From Fimbriosthenelais zetlandica (lineage: Eukaryota): a stretch of 64,000 bases of DNA. Location: positions 31,186,001-31,250,000 of the forward strand of contig OZ365113.1 in the NCBI GenBank assembly GCA_977030845.1. Reading direction: 5' to 3'. The notes under the pieces were generated by a model. That model worked only from the letters and a program-made list of their open reading frames with translations, did no database searches and was not told the DNA's origin. Both the position numbers and the translations under genes were made by a program. This document shows, piece after piece, positions 1 through 14,300 of the stretch. Each line of letters begins with the position of its first letter. Position 1 is the first letter of the stretch.

Positions 1-3000
1 GGAGCTTGACTGACAAATGAACCAATATTGTGCTTCTGGCCAAAGATGATTGTGGCCAGGGCGACGCCAATGTCAAAATGCTTCAGCCTCCGGTCACCAC
101 CCCTTAAAACGGACTCACGGGAGCCAAAAAAAGAAAGGCTCTGACCAGGCAAGGGAAAAAAGTGAACATTAACATCTCCAGCCGGGTAAAACGACGCCAT
201 GTCAGACTTATTAATCTCCGCCAAGATTACATTGGCAATTTTGGCCAGTTTGGGGGTTGAGTTTTTCTGTCTGATTGCCCTGTGTTCTGAGGCGGAGGCT
301 GTTCCAACTGACTGGGCAATCAATGACCAAAGTTCTAGGCATATTAACATCTTAGCCCAACTGTCACGGCCCGCAAGCCTCCCCGTAATGGGAAATTAGG
401 TCCGCTTCACTTGCCTGAAACACAGAGCTGCAAGATGTCAAAGGATGTCATTTATAATAGAGGTTTAGGGCCAGGGCCCCATCGGATCGCATTGTCTGCC
501 GTGGTCCTAATGTGAGTGGCCTCCCTTGTGTAGTGGGCATAACAGAGAATGACTGACGCTGGAAAAGAAGAAGTCATAATATGAAGCCAGGCGAAGAGAA
601 TGGAGGCACGGCTATATATATCTCACAGACCGGTGATATAAAAGTCAGGCCGCATGAGTTCACTTGTGTGTCACCGATGGGAATTCCAAACTGAAATGAC
701 AATGCGTACCTTCCCAGGAACACTTTTCCTTGAGAATAATGCTTAATTATTTAGTTATCCCGAATTAAATGAATCACGAAACTTAAGATTTCATGTACGG
801 CAACGAAATATAAAGCTGAATATTCTCTGCTAAGATTCTCTATAGAGTGGTGCATACAGATCTATATTAAATGGGGACAAAACTAATGTAAGGACAAATG
901 ACAGTGAAAACAATTGGATGCCCTGTGCCATGACACCCTTCCAATGCACATTACCCATTAGTGTTAAAATAGAAAAAGTAGAGTGAGAAAGGTTGAGGAA
1001 ATATTTGGCCATCCAATATATGCTAATCTGGCTGACACATCATGAGATGGGAGAGGACCTTGTCGGCCTTATGACTATGATAAGCTGAATGAGGGGGGAC
1101 ATCAGTGGTGGGGTGGTGGGAGGGTGGATGAGACTCATATATGCAGCATTACTGAATCATGAAAGCTACAAGCCTTTGCCCAGGTCAATAAGCAATTCTG
1201 GGCGGCCATCGGATGAGGGCGTAGCTAATTATTGTCCTTCAGTCACCGCTTGATCCAGGCAGATCAGAAGTTGTCATCACAAGTTATAGGGCGCCAGTAT
1301 CTGATGCAAGGGAGCGCCAACTGCTGACGGCCTGTTTCATCAACGGCGTCAGTAAGGGTATGAAAAAACAACTGTTTTAACAAACATGGGGTTTACACCT
1401 ACACGACTGCTTGAATCACCTTCAGGAGCTTCTAACAGAAGACGATCTGAGGTATTTCGACACAAGGAACAGTATTAGTGACTAGCCAAGACATCTTCAA
1501 TAGGACATCCGGTATATATATGAGGGCTAATTCAAAGCTTACAAAAGAATATGAAAGTTGGATTAAAATTGCAAAATACAAATGCAAAGCCTAGGTTGGA
1601 GTCAGGAAAAGTGTATGGCCTATAGCCAAACCACATGGACTTTTTCCAGGTCCATATCATAGACTGTAGAACTGTGAAAGTGACTCTCTCTGCTGGGCAG
1701 ATTGCAATTACTTGAAGCAATTACATGCATACATTGCATTGCTCATATCATAGGAAGGCTCCATGCAATGCATAGTAAATCGGAGTGGTATGTGTCAAAT
1801 GCATAGGGTATGTTAATACTGAGGATAATTAGTATTAAGGCATTAGACCATCCAATAATACTTAACAACGGTATGACCAAAATGTAGTATGATAGAGAGA
1901 CCAACTTTTCGGCAGTTAAAGCTCAGATGATATAATGGACATTGTAATGCATGTTTGAGGCACTTCGTTAGTTGGACGATCAGTGAGTGGATATAGATAT
2001 GATAGTGAAACTGGGTGTTGGATGAGCAGCCATTAGCTGGAGATACCAGTCTCATCCCAATGGCACAGGGCCCTGACACTGACTGGCCTTGTCTGGGAGA
2101 GACCAGCCTACATCTATAAGCATCTTGATGACTCTGACCTTAGCTAACTAAGTGTAGGCTGAGGGTGATCCGTATTTTCAGGTTGAATTCCCAAGAGACA
2201 GAAGTGACACCTAAAAGTTTAACTTTTGGCCTCCCCCCATCTCCCTGAATTACATGCAAACTGGCGGGTAAATGAATAGGCGCTCCTTGGTGGTTTCTTT
2301 GGGAATATTTTTAATGCATAAAAGAAAAGCTCTATTAATGAGAACTAAAGGTTGTGATGGAAAACGCCTCGAAAATAGTCAATTATATTATAAGATTTTG
2401 CATATTTTTCTTATAGGAACGACCAAATTATCAGTAGTGGCTGATGCAGTAAACCACCGAAACGGTCTGGACCCAAATTAATAGACATTTGCTCTGAGCT
2501 GAAATACTGCATTCCAAGAGCGACCAATACATGAATTTCCAGTGAAATTCAAAGAGCACACAATATTTATAGAGGCACACCTAGAAGAGCTGGCACCTGT
2601 GTCGTGAGGGCGTTAATGCCCTGTGATGAAACACGAGGTCACAGTGAGTAAGGCCCTCAGCACATGCCCTTCTACCACCTCAGGCCCTCCAGAGATCCCC
2701 ACCTCCATCACTCAACATCTAAACCACAGCAGCTAAGACCGCCATTAAGGAAGAGACCGTGAAGTTAATGGCTCTACATCTTAGAATTTATTTGATATGA
2801 ACATGAAAATATTATATTTCACAAGGTGCTTTGGTTCACAGCATAATGTTTTACAAATGAGTGAGAAATTCGAAATTCAACAGGGACCGTGAAAAGATAA
2901 TATATATGTTGCAGATTTACCAGTACATCATACCACCGCATGGGGTAAACAGTGTTCTTGTGTTTGGGCACTGATGCACAGAGTTAATTAGATCGCCATT

Positions 3001-5368
3001 AAGAGATTCAATACTTTTAACAACTTGGGAACCTTTGAACATGCTAACCTGTGTATGACCCATGAAAACATGGGCGGTGGCTGTAATCATTGAAGAGTTT
3101 ACCTTGGATATTAATTGTCTGAGAATTGTCTCAACCTTTCTAAAGAAAGTGTGGGTAAATCCAATGGTGAATTAATTACTCGAGGAAGGAAGCATGGGAA
3201 ATTGGACTGGCGAAGACGAACGGACGCCAAGTAGTGCCAAGTACTGTCCTTTCCAAGGCCCTGACTTGAATAATGATGACTTAAAGGGGGAGCTAATTCA
3301 TATAGCTTCAATCATTAAGGTATTAGATCAGCCTTGGGGGGGTCCAGGGTACGTTCCCATCATATACATAGACAATGAAAGCCATCAGGGCCTCGGAGCA
3401 ATTAAATTAATTAAGAGAGGTAGAAAGAGTCTGTCAGCAATGAAATATCATCATAATGTCTCATTTACATGCATGCCTCTCATTAGTGCCCTGTCGCTGA
3501 GCATGTAACAGCGCGAGACAAAAGGTAACATGATTCAAATGATTCACCATGTTAAGGAGGTTAATGAATTAAATGGGCTTTGAGGCCATTAAAAGAGGAG
3601 GGAGGAGCGCCAGAGAAAAGCTGCTCTGTGAGGTGGGGGACGGGGGCTCTACCATAATTTGTCAACTGAAGAACCCCATTTATTCAGTCGGTCATATGGA
3701 CATATAGATGCATTTACGAAGCTTAATTAAAAGGGAAATAATAATGGACACTCTTTAACCTAGTAAAGGCACAACATATACTGTTTTTGCTATGGGTTAC
3801 CATTGCCTTATTATTATCTTAATAGAGTGCACCCCTTTTCATACGCATCCTAAGACTGGAGGGTGGACTCTCCTACTTCTGCCAGGATGCCACCTACCAA
3901 GCACGCCACAAACTACAATAGGTATCCACTTACTTTGAAGTATGATTCCTACTTTTTCTGCTGTTTATAAAAATGGGAATATGGAAACGCTAACCGAGCT
4001 TTTAAACAAAGATAATTGCCCATCCCTGGTCGCTGTTTTATCTCGGCTTGGCAAGAGTAAAGTGCAGATGAGATGTAAGGGAAACCGTAGGCCATTAACA
4101 TCAAAACAATCCACTATATTATGGTCCATTGTTCTGTAGGAGAAATCCAAGATAATGCACCGATTTAGTTGATAAAACCTATAACTATAGCACTCCCACG
4201 CTACATGCATCTAAATGATTAACTTGAATACCACGGCAATCCAGATGAGAAGTCATTACTTCAGGTACAAAAAAAAACGAATTAATAGCTTGGATGAAAT
4301 CAGATCTATGTGCAAAATGATTCTCTAAAAGCTAGTGCTTCAGAATGTTTCTTTCGGTGATATACATGCAGGTAATTAGCAATTACCAGTGTGGTCCTAT
4401 GTATAAATGCCTAGAGTTCAACAGCCCATTGAAAAGAGAGTATGAGAGAGAACTGGGCATTAAGTAATGGCTACTGGCAAGTGTCAGTAGTATATGGAGA
4501 TGGGTCTTTGATTCAGGCAATCACAGATATGGCCTACATATTGAAGTATAAAGGTTACTAGTAAGAACATTGTATGAGGCCTATATATTATAAATCTATG
4601 TCTTAACTAATTCTGAGAACTATTCCCTATCGGGTACACAGGTATTATAGATTTAACTACCAGCAACCAGTGTGTGGGGATTCACAGGGAAACAGCCTTG
4701 TCTGGACAAAGGCCATGGGAACACATTGACTGAGTATTTTTTTTGCCTACAAAGCTGGAGGTAGGGGATAGTAACGCTGATACTAGTATTCCTGTCATGC
4801 TGTCGCCCCAATGTAGTACTATACCGTAGTAATCGTAGTAGTCCCCAGCCAAAGCAACCACCGGTCCAGTCAATGGAAACAACCCCCTCCTCCCTCCTAC
4901 CTACCCAACCTCTCCATTCACTCCAGTCACTGCCAACAGGTTATCTTCGCGAAGGGAAATATTCGCGGATGGTCCCCCGTGAGGCAAACCTGATTGGGCA
5001 TTTTTCACAGACTCAAAATTGTACTGAGGAATAAATTAAAATTCATCGTTCCAACACTTATTGCGCTGAAAATTGCCATAAAAAAACCCAGAAAAAATAG
5101 ATCATACATAATATTTTATTTGTTATGCAATCATGGAATGCATCAGGGTAGGGGAGATGCGAGGTATCGATCTGCACATTGGAGCTTAGAGTTTTTGGTG
5201 GGGTGCAAATATTTCAGGCAGTGAAGATTTCATGGGGGGACATGACTGGGTTCCTTTGATGCAGCGAATGTTTGGTATTGGGGACACGTCACAGGTCACG
5301 TGGTCAGAGGTAGGGGTGTTTATCGTGAGGGGTGGGCGTGGCTATCGTAACGATGGGATGTAATAGAA

Positions 5369-5385
5369 GGGGGGGGGGGGGGGGG
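5369..5385 (+). repeat. poly-G run (G17)
   Basis: Direct reading. Similar runs at 5553-5563, 19250-19266, 23036-23053, 27840-27853, 32283-32296, and a C21 run at 11220-11240. Confidence 0.95.
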
Positions 5386-5884
5386 ACGGGGAGAGGTGCA
5401 CGCACGGGGGGATAAGGTATGGGACAGGAATAAGGAGTAAAATGGGGGATGGTGGGGGATGAGGGAAGGGGGGCCAAAATTGGTGGGTAAGAGAAGGAGC
5501 AGGAACAGAAGAATTAGACAGAATAGAAGCTATAAGTAGACGTAAGAAAGGTGGGGGGGGGGGCTGAAGCAGTACCAGCCTTTCTAATATTACACCAAAT
5601 AAAAGATTAATCCAACCTAACCAACCATCAATGATAAACTGTATATATGACAATTCCCCCTGCATGCCATATACCAAGGATCTTATAGAAGATGTGATAG
5701 AAAAACACACATTGATTCTTGTCTTCCAGATGATATACTTGCTGTCAGATCCTTTGATAAACAGGCAAACACAGGGACAGCGATGGAACTTCAGACCCAC
5801 TCATGATTCTCATGCAGAAATAGTCATAACTGCAGATCGCATAAGAGCGAAAAAAGGAATCACGCATCATGAGATCCTAAAACA

Positions 5885-6070
5885 GGGGCCTGTTTCACTA
5901 AAATGCAACATGCCCTTTAAAACCTAGGGATAGTTAAAATATGCATTAATCGAAAAAAAACTTTCAATTAAGTTTCTTTTTCATGTTCACTTCCAGTGCC
6001 AGCAGAGTAGCCTACTTGTATCGCTCAGTGCGGTTATGATGGTCTCCAAATATGTTCTGAAACAGACCCT
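5885..6070. mobile_element. degenerate MITE-like element (~186 bp), PIF/Harbinger(Tourist)-like termini
   Basis: Left end GGGGCCTGTTTCA (5885-5897); right end TGAAACAGACCCT (6058-6070), whose reverse complement matches 11/13. The same left terminus recurs at 36355. No clean TSD seen. Confidence 0.4.
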
Positions 6071-9000
6071 ATAATGAATATACAAAGGGAAGGAGGGATG
6101 GATACATGCATGTAAGAGCATGGTAAGAAGATGAGCAGATATGTACATCTCATCCGTTTTCCTGGGAAATGCAGACATTAAAGACATCCTGTGACATGCA
6201 GTTCAATGATGCATGACATGAGACATATGTGCATACACACCTGGATTATAAAGAAGGGCATTTTACCTGTTAAAGTATTGGGGAACAAACAGGGTGGTAA
6301 CGAGACAAAGGGAAGGGGAGATTTGGCATGAAGCCAGGTATAATTAATGTGCGTGATGCCTCTCATATGCTCCTGTATTAATAGACATAAAAGGTGCATC
6401 TCATCTTATGATTCCTATATGACTAAAGCCGGCCACAAACCGTCTTATCAAGGACTTATACAAGGACAGGCGTAATATATCTTTATATCTAATTAAGGTA
6501 TTGATCTATCAATGGTGTTTTGACCTTCTATTCATCTATATACATTTTTGTCTATATTATATTTCAATGAGCTCTTCTAAAAATGACCCAACCATGCACT
6601 GGGGGCCCCAATTGATTTCGAAAATTGCTGAAATTATCACCATTCTCAAATCACTTGTAGGAATTCATATCAAACAATTATAATTCCCCATGTAAAGTGA
6701 TTTTTTGCCCCTATTTAAGAACAACATATCGTTGATAATTGCCTCTTCATCCATCCATAGTATCCATCAACATTCACGAGACTTCACTGTTTACAAATCT
6801 GCTGTTTTCCCAGATTTTTTCTCATACACTAATTAACCTTGCCATGATCCCCTTTCAAGCTTATGTGGTATGGCTTGTCTCTAATTACATAGGATAAAAA
6901 CCATCATTAAAGATCCGGAGGTATCAGCCTCACAACAGCAGCAGCAGATCCCTGCCTGCAGCGCCCTCACACCCGGGCCTATACAAGTCTTGGCGCTCTT
7001 CCCTTTTAATTAGCTCCTGCCTCGTTAATCCCACACTGATTCGGGTTGGGAGACAGCGGCTGTGTTCGTCTTCCCTCTCTCATCTAATTTCCCCGCCATC
7101 AATCCCACCCAATTCCTCTCTGATTAAAACGTGGCTTGATTTAATGAAGTGGGAAACGAACGCTACCATACGTGTTTGTATGTGTAAGGTTGTTTTTCAT
7201 TAAGCGCGGGATTGGGAGGTGGATCATATGCGTTGACTTGAGGCATACGTTGCCTATCACATACCTGTATTGTATGGCCTGTGGGTGAATAATTACCTGA
7301 GGAACCCATCACTTACAATTACCACTAAATTGATATAAACGCGGGCCTTGGTAATTGAAATGCCTCCATGGAAAGCATTCTATCGGGAGACAATACCGCG
7401 GCGCATCACAATTAATTTTTTTACCCTGTCGGCAATTAATAGGCAGCACAATGAGATTGCTATAGGATCTCCTCGTTCATGGAGCAGCTCCACAAAATGG
7501 CTCGGTTAATACCCTGGCAAAAAGAGTGACTCCACCGCGATATTCACTATATTAATTTGCACACAAAACGTATGGAAGAAGAAGACCTTTTGATTGCCAT
7601 TTAATCACTGGCCTTCAAGCAAATATTTAATTGCCATTTAGGGCCGAGCTCTTATATACCTTCTCCCATAAAATACACCTTTTCTTCGTGTACTATTAAT
7701 CATGGGGAAATGGCAATTAGTAAGTCTGCATACAATATGGGAAATTTAATTAAACGCTCTTGCTTGAGGCATTGGCTGGGGAATATTGCGTATCAAAAAG
7801 AGAGGAAAAACCACGGGATTATGAATTTCAATTAGGAAAAAGAGGTAAAAAGGGGGTATTGGCATCCTCAGCACTAATCTGGCTAATGAACAAAAACAAG
7901 AAGTGGAGAAGAAGTGATATTGCTTAAATCAGCAGCAGATGCAAATGCAATGAACGCCTTGAAGCCTTAAAGGCTTCGCTAAGGGAGATAAGGGGAGGCG
8001 GGCTTGTAAGGTGCATTTGCTCAATTTCAAGAATTTAATTGATAACAATTGATCACATATTCTGTTTTATAAACACAGGTTACAATTATCAAACTTCCTC
8101 AATTAATTTATAGTAGTTATTGTGTAAGATCCAATCACAGACAACAGGGCAAAGTGCATGTCTTAATATTGGAACCCTCACAATTATGACGAAATATAAT
8201 TGACCTGCTTAGATTGTACAGTACATAACTCTTCATTGTTCAAAATAGATCTTGCTAGGGAACAAAATTCTATAAAAATTACCTAGCTTTATATATTAGG
8301 GCCTATACATGTAAATTAAGGAATTCCAGCATATTTTACCTTTAGCTATATTTCTTATCATCATTTTTTTCAGACATCTAGAGTCTGGTCCTGCCCCAGC
8401 CCCGAGCTTGGTAGCAGATGGCGAGTTGTGCGTTGAGATAGCACTTTAAGGAGAGAGGCCGTCTTTAACAGAGCAGAAGGGATCTAATTAAGATACTGGT
8501 TGCCCGGAGGCCTGGCTGGCATCTCATAAGACGAGGGCCAGTAACGTTAACTAGCCAACCACCCATACCCTACCTCACACACAGAGGTAACCCACCCACA
8601 TGCCTACACACCCACCCACCCACCCACCAGGCTGACCATACCAACCATATCCCCACTCATGGAATGGAAAATTCAATTACAAACGCATAATATAAAATAC
8701 TTCACACATCGCTAATCCCACTCCTCCATAATACGCATTTAGAATCATTACCACATAATAGTGGATTCTGTGGGTTTTTCTATAGATTTGGCATAAACAA
8801 ATATTAACATTTCCACATATAAAAGCATAGGAAATACTTTTCCAATCCACTAGTCCATATAGGAAACTGAAATTAATTCCTCATAAGTGGATTATTTGGG
8901 GTTATAATGACTACAACTCTTCTTCATAGCCCCCCACTTAAAGCGGTAACATAGACTGTCTTGAGGCCGATGTGAATTAGATTCATTCACCATGTAAGTA

Positions 9001-11333
9001 CGTCAATTAATTACCAGTCTCACGCCGGTTAATGAAGTAATTGACAATCAGCTAATCACCACCTTTGGAGACACCAAGTGAGGAGAGTCAACTCCTTTGC
9101 TTGTCAGAGGAGAATATAAATCTGACGCTAACACTCCTCCTGGCCTATCTTTAATGTATGAGCCCGATCCTTTTATGTCATTAATTAGTAAGCAAGGTGG
9201 ATTAACAATGCAATTAATTGACTTTTTGCTGGCTTATTATGGGTCTTGGGCGTGCCATACGGAGCACATGCCATCTACATGCCTTCATTAGGTCTCTTCA
9301 TTAAGCCTTCAATGGAGGGGATTGAATAATGAGTCATTATTCATTTTCTTGCCTTTATATATCGATGAATGTCATGCATTGCTGTAATCAATAGCATAGC
9401 TCACTGGAAGGCCGTATATAAAAAGTGTTGTCACGTAAAGGGGATTGACTCTTTCTATGTCTCTCTATTAATGGGTTGTTTGCTATCAGGCTACTTCCTA
9501 CGTATTGATTTGGGGCTCAATATATTGGGGCTCAATAGATGAAGGTCTGGCATATAGAGATCGTGACCATTCATTCATTTGTGCACTTGGATAATATATA
9601 TTCATACAATCCAGACAACTAAAAACTGCACATTCCTATAAACTTGAAAAATAATTCAAGTTAAATACTATTTTCAAAGATGTAACTTCGCATTGTTTCA
9701 AACAGGTGGAGGGATTGCTTATCAACATTCAGAGAATTGCAAAATGGTTCTGTGGTATTTACTATTGTCTATTTCAATGCCGAATTCCAATATCGAACGA
9801 TTTCTTGCGGGAATGGTTTAGATGGCGAATTGCTTGCCTATTGCCACATTTCAACGTAATTACATTCGATTGTTAGAATACGATGAGGACTGTTCCAAAA
9901 GGACGCCCGCCTGTAACAACTAATGACAGAAACGTCACATTGCGTGGACTTAGACATAGCCATTTTAAGTTGTCACAAAACATAATTAATCAATACATCT
10001 CCCCTCCACCCAGCCTGGTCCCGGCCCATATTCCCAGCCATAGGAATCATTACAAATACTCTAATTCCATAGCCATAGAAAAGTCCAACTCTGGGGATAA
10101 AATGAACTATTTGAACAGGCGTGCACGTCATTTTCTTGCTGTATTTTCATCTTGGACATTGTATGCCTGGGACTAAACACGAGAGGTGGTCCCTTCCACC
10201 CTATACTAAATCTCGAGAGGGATCAGAATGCTGATAATTCGGTCAAAACCAATCAATATGGGCACGACTGCCTCGCCTGCGAGCACTGTCATTGCATTGA
10301 GCAATTGTCTTGGCCAGGACAATGGGAGGCAATGGCCTCCCTCCCTCCCTTAGACACTAATCCTCCCCTCTGTGTCCCAACCTCGCCCGGCCAGCATGAC
10401 TTAACAGGATTCCGAGGTTCACAGCGCGACCCCAATGTCTGCCAAAATTTCCAGTTTGCTGAGTTTTTTTACAGGCTCCAAATATAATAATGCCCGGCAC
10501 CGGGCCTCGCTCCTTAGGGCTGTCAGAATGGCCCTGGTTTGACATAATTCCTTCGCGAAGGTTCGAGCCCCGCTGGGGGGAAAGAGAGAGAGGCACAAAT
10601 ATTGATGTTCGAGTTAGAGGCAGACCCAAACAAGGGCTGGGTCCTGGCCCCTGGTCCAAACCTGCCACTCTCAGGACACATTTGCATATTAATCTTCACG
10701 GTGAAATTCTGCGCATATTGCATGGGAAGAGGAGCGGTGCGAAATGGCAGTGAATTAGCTGGGAATATTATTGATTACTACTGCGGTTTGGGCGTGTGGG
10801 GACCTGATTGCGCCCAATTTGGACTTTTGGATGTTTGGGGCTTTGATGAAAGTCCAGGTTATAGTCTGAGTCCTAGTATTTTACAGGGTATAGACGCAAG
10901 TCTCAGGTACACTGGAGCACTATTGGGGTGGTCCACTTGTATGGGAAGGATGCATCTCTCCCATATCAAGTGTAAGTTAGAGTTTCAGGCAAGAGAGTGC
11001 CAGAATATGCGAGGTCTCAGGTTCTATTCCCCAAGCATTCTCCAGATTTACCGATGCCCATTGTCGCTACAAAAGAACATCGTGTTCTGTCAATATTCTT
11101 AGATCCTTGCAATCTTAGATTTGTTCTCCTTTTCTTGACACTCTTCTTTTTCCACATTATACCCATTATCCCGGGGTTTTTTTTTATGGAAAAAGATGCC
11201 CTCTGCCTTTCTGTTCGAACCCCCCCCCCCCCCCCCCCCCTTAGACGAAGTTTCAGTTTTCATTCCTGACTCAATCAGATCTTTCACCCACAGATTATGT
11301 TCCCATTGGAAACGGGGGTCCGCTCGTTAACTC

Positions 11334-11369
11334 AGTTGCAAGTTTTAGTTGCAAGTATTAGTTGCAAGT
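11334..11369 (+). repeat. short tandem repeat, 3 x AGTTGCAAGT, period 13
   Basis: Copies start at 11334, 11347 and 11360. Confidence 0.9.
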
Positions 11370-14300
11370 GGTGATTTTTGGGGAGACATGCAGTTACATC
11401 CCCTGCAAAAAAGTGAGAGAGGGACTATAGGGGTGGTGGCTGGCTTGCAATGCTAACAAGGCAGCAATGTGAAGGCTGCTAACAAAATGGCAGGCTGCTG
11501 ACAAGGCTGCCTTACCTACAAAAGCCCAGGAGCAGTTGGCTAATTAAGAGTGAAGAAGTTGGTAACTGGGCAGAGGGTCAGGTGTTGGTCCACTTAATTC
11601 AGGTGTTAATGAATTTTGGACATCCCCTCACCTGTCACTCTGTCCTAATGATGAGGATGGGGGCTCCAGGGTATACATGCTGATAACACTTCTCCTATCA
11701 CTGTGGTATACCTTATATTGATTATACAAGGTTTAAACATGGATAAAATGGAAAATGGGTGAGCAATGATTTAGTAATAACTTCCTGGGAAATATCTCAA
11801 TTCTCAATACTGGGTTTATTAATCCCAGGTTAAGTCTATCGGAAAATTTATCGAGGAAACTGTAAAGTTCTACTGAACAAAAATGAACACTCAAATATAC
11901 ATTTATATACAATAGAAAAGCGAGAGCAGGCGTAGGAGTTGAGAGGATAACCATGGCATTTTTTTTAATGAAATGCAATACACCTATATTTCACTAAACT
12001 CAGGTGGACTGAAGTGAAAAAATCAGTTTACTAGTATTGTTTGATACTTCACAGAATCAGCTTTCATTGCTTTAAGGTGAATCATGTATTATTTTAATGA
12101 AGACCTTCTCGAACAATTGAGAAGGGAAAAAAAGAAATGACTCAATAAATGAGTTGTTATGTGGATCCCTTTAGCGGGGGCTATCATTAGAGGTGTTTGC
12201 TAGAATGGGGTTACTGTCGTGAGGTATTAAGTTGCTCCCCCAGGTTCCCTTCTCTTGGCCTATTAACTGGCAAGAAACTGTGGTTAAATATCAGTCATCA
12301 TAAGCAGCATCTCTTTGAATAGAAATATAAAATTCAGAAACGTATTCAATTAAAACTTTCAAAGCTGAAGGCTTCAATTAGAGAGAGTAATGACATTTGA
12401 TGGGTAGGGTAGAAGACGTATGTCCTCTACCATTATTTAACAAAATGTCAAGCGTGTCCTTTTCAAAATATGACAAACATCTGAAAAATTATTTCCTGGG
12501 GGTGCTCGGCAGCTACTTAAGAACCGTAGCATAAATACTTTGCTGGATAATATATTTACGATAGATCTCAAAATAATTTATTTAATTTTAAACTTTAGCT
12601 TGGAAGTGATCTCAATCACCTGATATAAATTATAGCATACCTTCCATTCCAATCACACTATAGGACCAAGGCTATCTTGTTTTTCTGACCACTTGTTGAA
12701 CTAGAGCAATTCCAAATATGCCATAAAACCAATACAACCATTGTAACAGCGATCCCAAGTAGGTGTTCTGTTCTTTATGAGTCCTTTGACTTGTCATGCA
12801 TCCATTTGAGTCATTGCGAGTGGAAGGAGAGAAGCGAGGCCAGATGGCCCAGGTTGGTGACATGCACAGATGGGCCGGTGCATTGTCAGTTTTTCCAAGA
12901 TGCATATTTATAAACATATAAATTAACATAGAAATATTTGAGGGATTTTCTCACGCAATGAGTAACAGTAGCATGATGGGATTCATTTTGAGTACATTTC
13001 CACGGACAGGAACATAACATCTGTGTCTACTTCAGAGTACTTTCAAAACTACTTCTCCCAAGTAGTCTTCTAGACTGTAGGCCTACATGTAGGCCCTATC
13101 AGGAATTCCCAAATATGATGTATTCGTGAATATAGGCACCAAATTCCATTAACTGAAAATACAGAACATCCAGTTCTGTAGGCTATATTTGGTGGCAGAA
13201 CAAAAGGATGTTCCATAGTTGTTGTTATGAATATCTTTCATTTCAATTGTTGAGAATTAATGGGGATCGGTTAAGGAACTGGGTAAGTGTGACCTGGACT
13301 CGCACCAAGAGGCGGTCAGAGGGAGTGGAAGGCCAGAGCCTGACAGGTAGGAAGTGGAGATGACTGGGATGAATTGGTGTGTCAGTAGAGTTCCTTCTGA
13401 ATCAAAAGGTCAGGTCGTCTTCAACCTGGTGACAACCCATCTCTGTCAGAATGTGGAACAAAGTCAAGTTGACTTATAATCCCAATATTGAGATTTATAA
13501 CCACCCTATATACACTCCAAACACCCGGAATATTCCCCAACCAGAATGATATTTGTTCTCATGAAGTAACATTGACTGTGGTATAACATTTTGTCTTATG
13601 GCATGTTACTATAACATAGACAGAACTCCGATTGGAGAAAACTTATTCAGCAGCCTACGCAGATACTAGACAAGTTAAGCCTATATCATATGCCAATTAC
13701 GAATTGGCCATGTGCTACGGCTTGGGTCACTAAGGGAATTAAACACGTATTGAGCTAATTTAATTTCTATTATAAAAAGTTCATAACTTTATAATGCATT
13801 CACTGGATGGAAATACTTTCCTCTCCATAATGAATATAGCCAACATCCTGTATATTGTCACAAAATGAATCTACCGATTCCCTAGTATTTCGCAATTATA
13901 AAATACTTCTCCAATTACCACGTGAAATTGGAACACAATGGTATCTCACATTTCTTCGGGAAGGGACAGTTTCATTTTTGACAGCCATTTTAATTAGGCT
14001 TAAGCAATTCCTTGAATCTAGCCAGTATCTTTCTAAAGGAAAAACATCAATATGTAACCAGTTATTCATATAATCAGGTTTCCACATTTGCCTAACTTAG
14101 CCCTACATTTCAATTACTTACAAGTACATGGAGGCTGATGACAGTAATTGTAAGCTTAAAGACCTGGGATGCAAGCATACCAGACTTATTAATTTAAAAT
14201 TTAATGGAAAAAAAGAATGGATTTCACTATTTAATAGAGCTCATTGTTTCACCTTTTTAATCAAGACAATAAGGATCCAGGCACACTACAGGCGATGAAT

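Noticed and set aside
6100-6290. Minus-strand acceptors giving G-K-M-P-F-F or G-K-R-M..Y-L, considered as the missing thtpa last exon
   Set aside because: Only the GK dipeptide matches. Linker, spacing to YL and downstream helix do not resemble THTPA.
10152-11102. Overlapping ORFs of 87-166 aa in a GC-richer block
   Set aside because: No recognisable domain, several frames open on both strands, no coherent exon boundaries.
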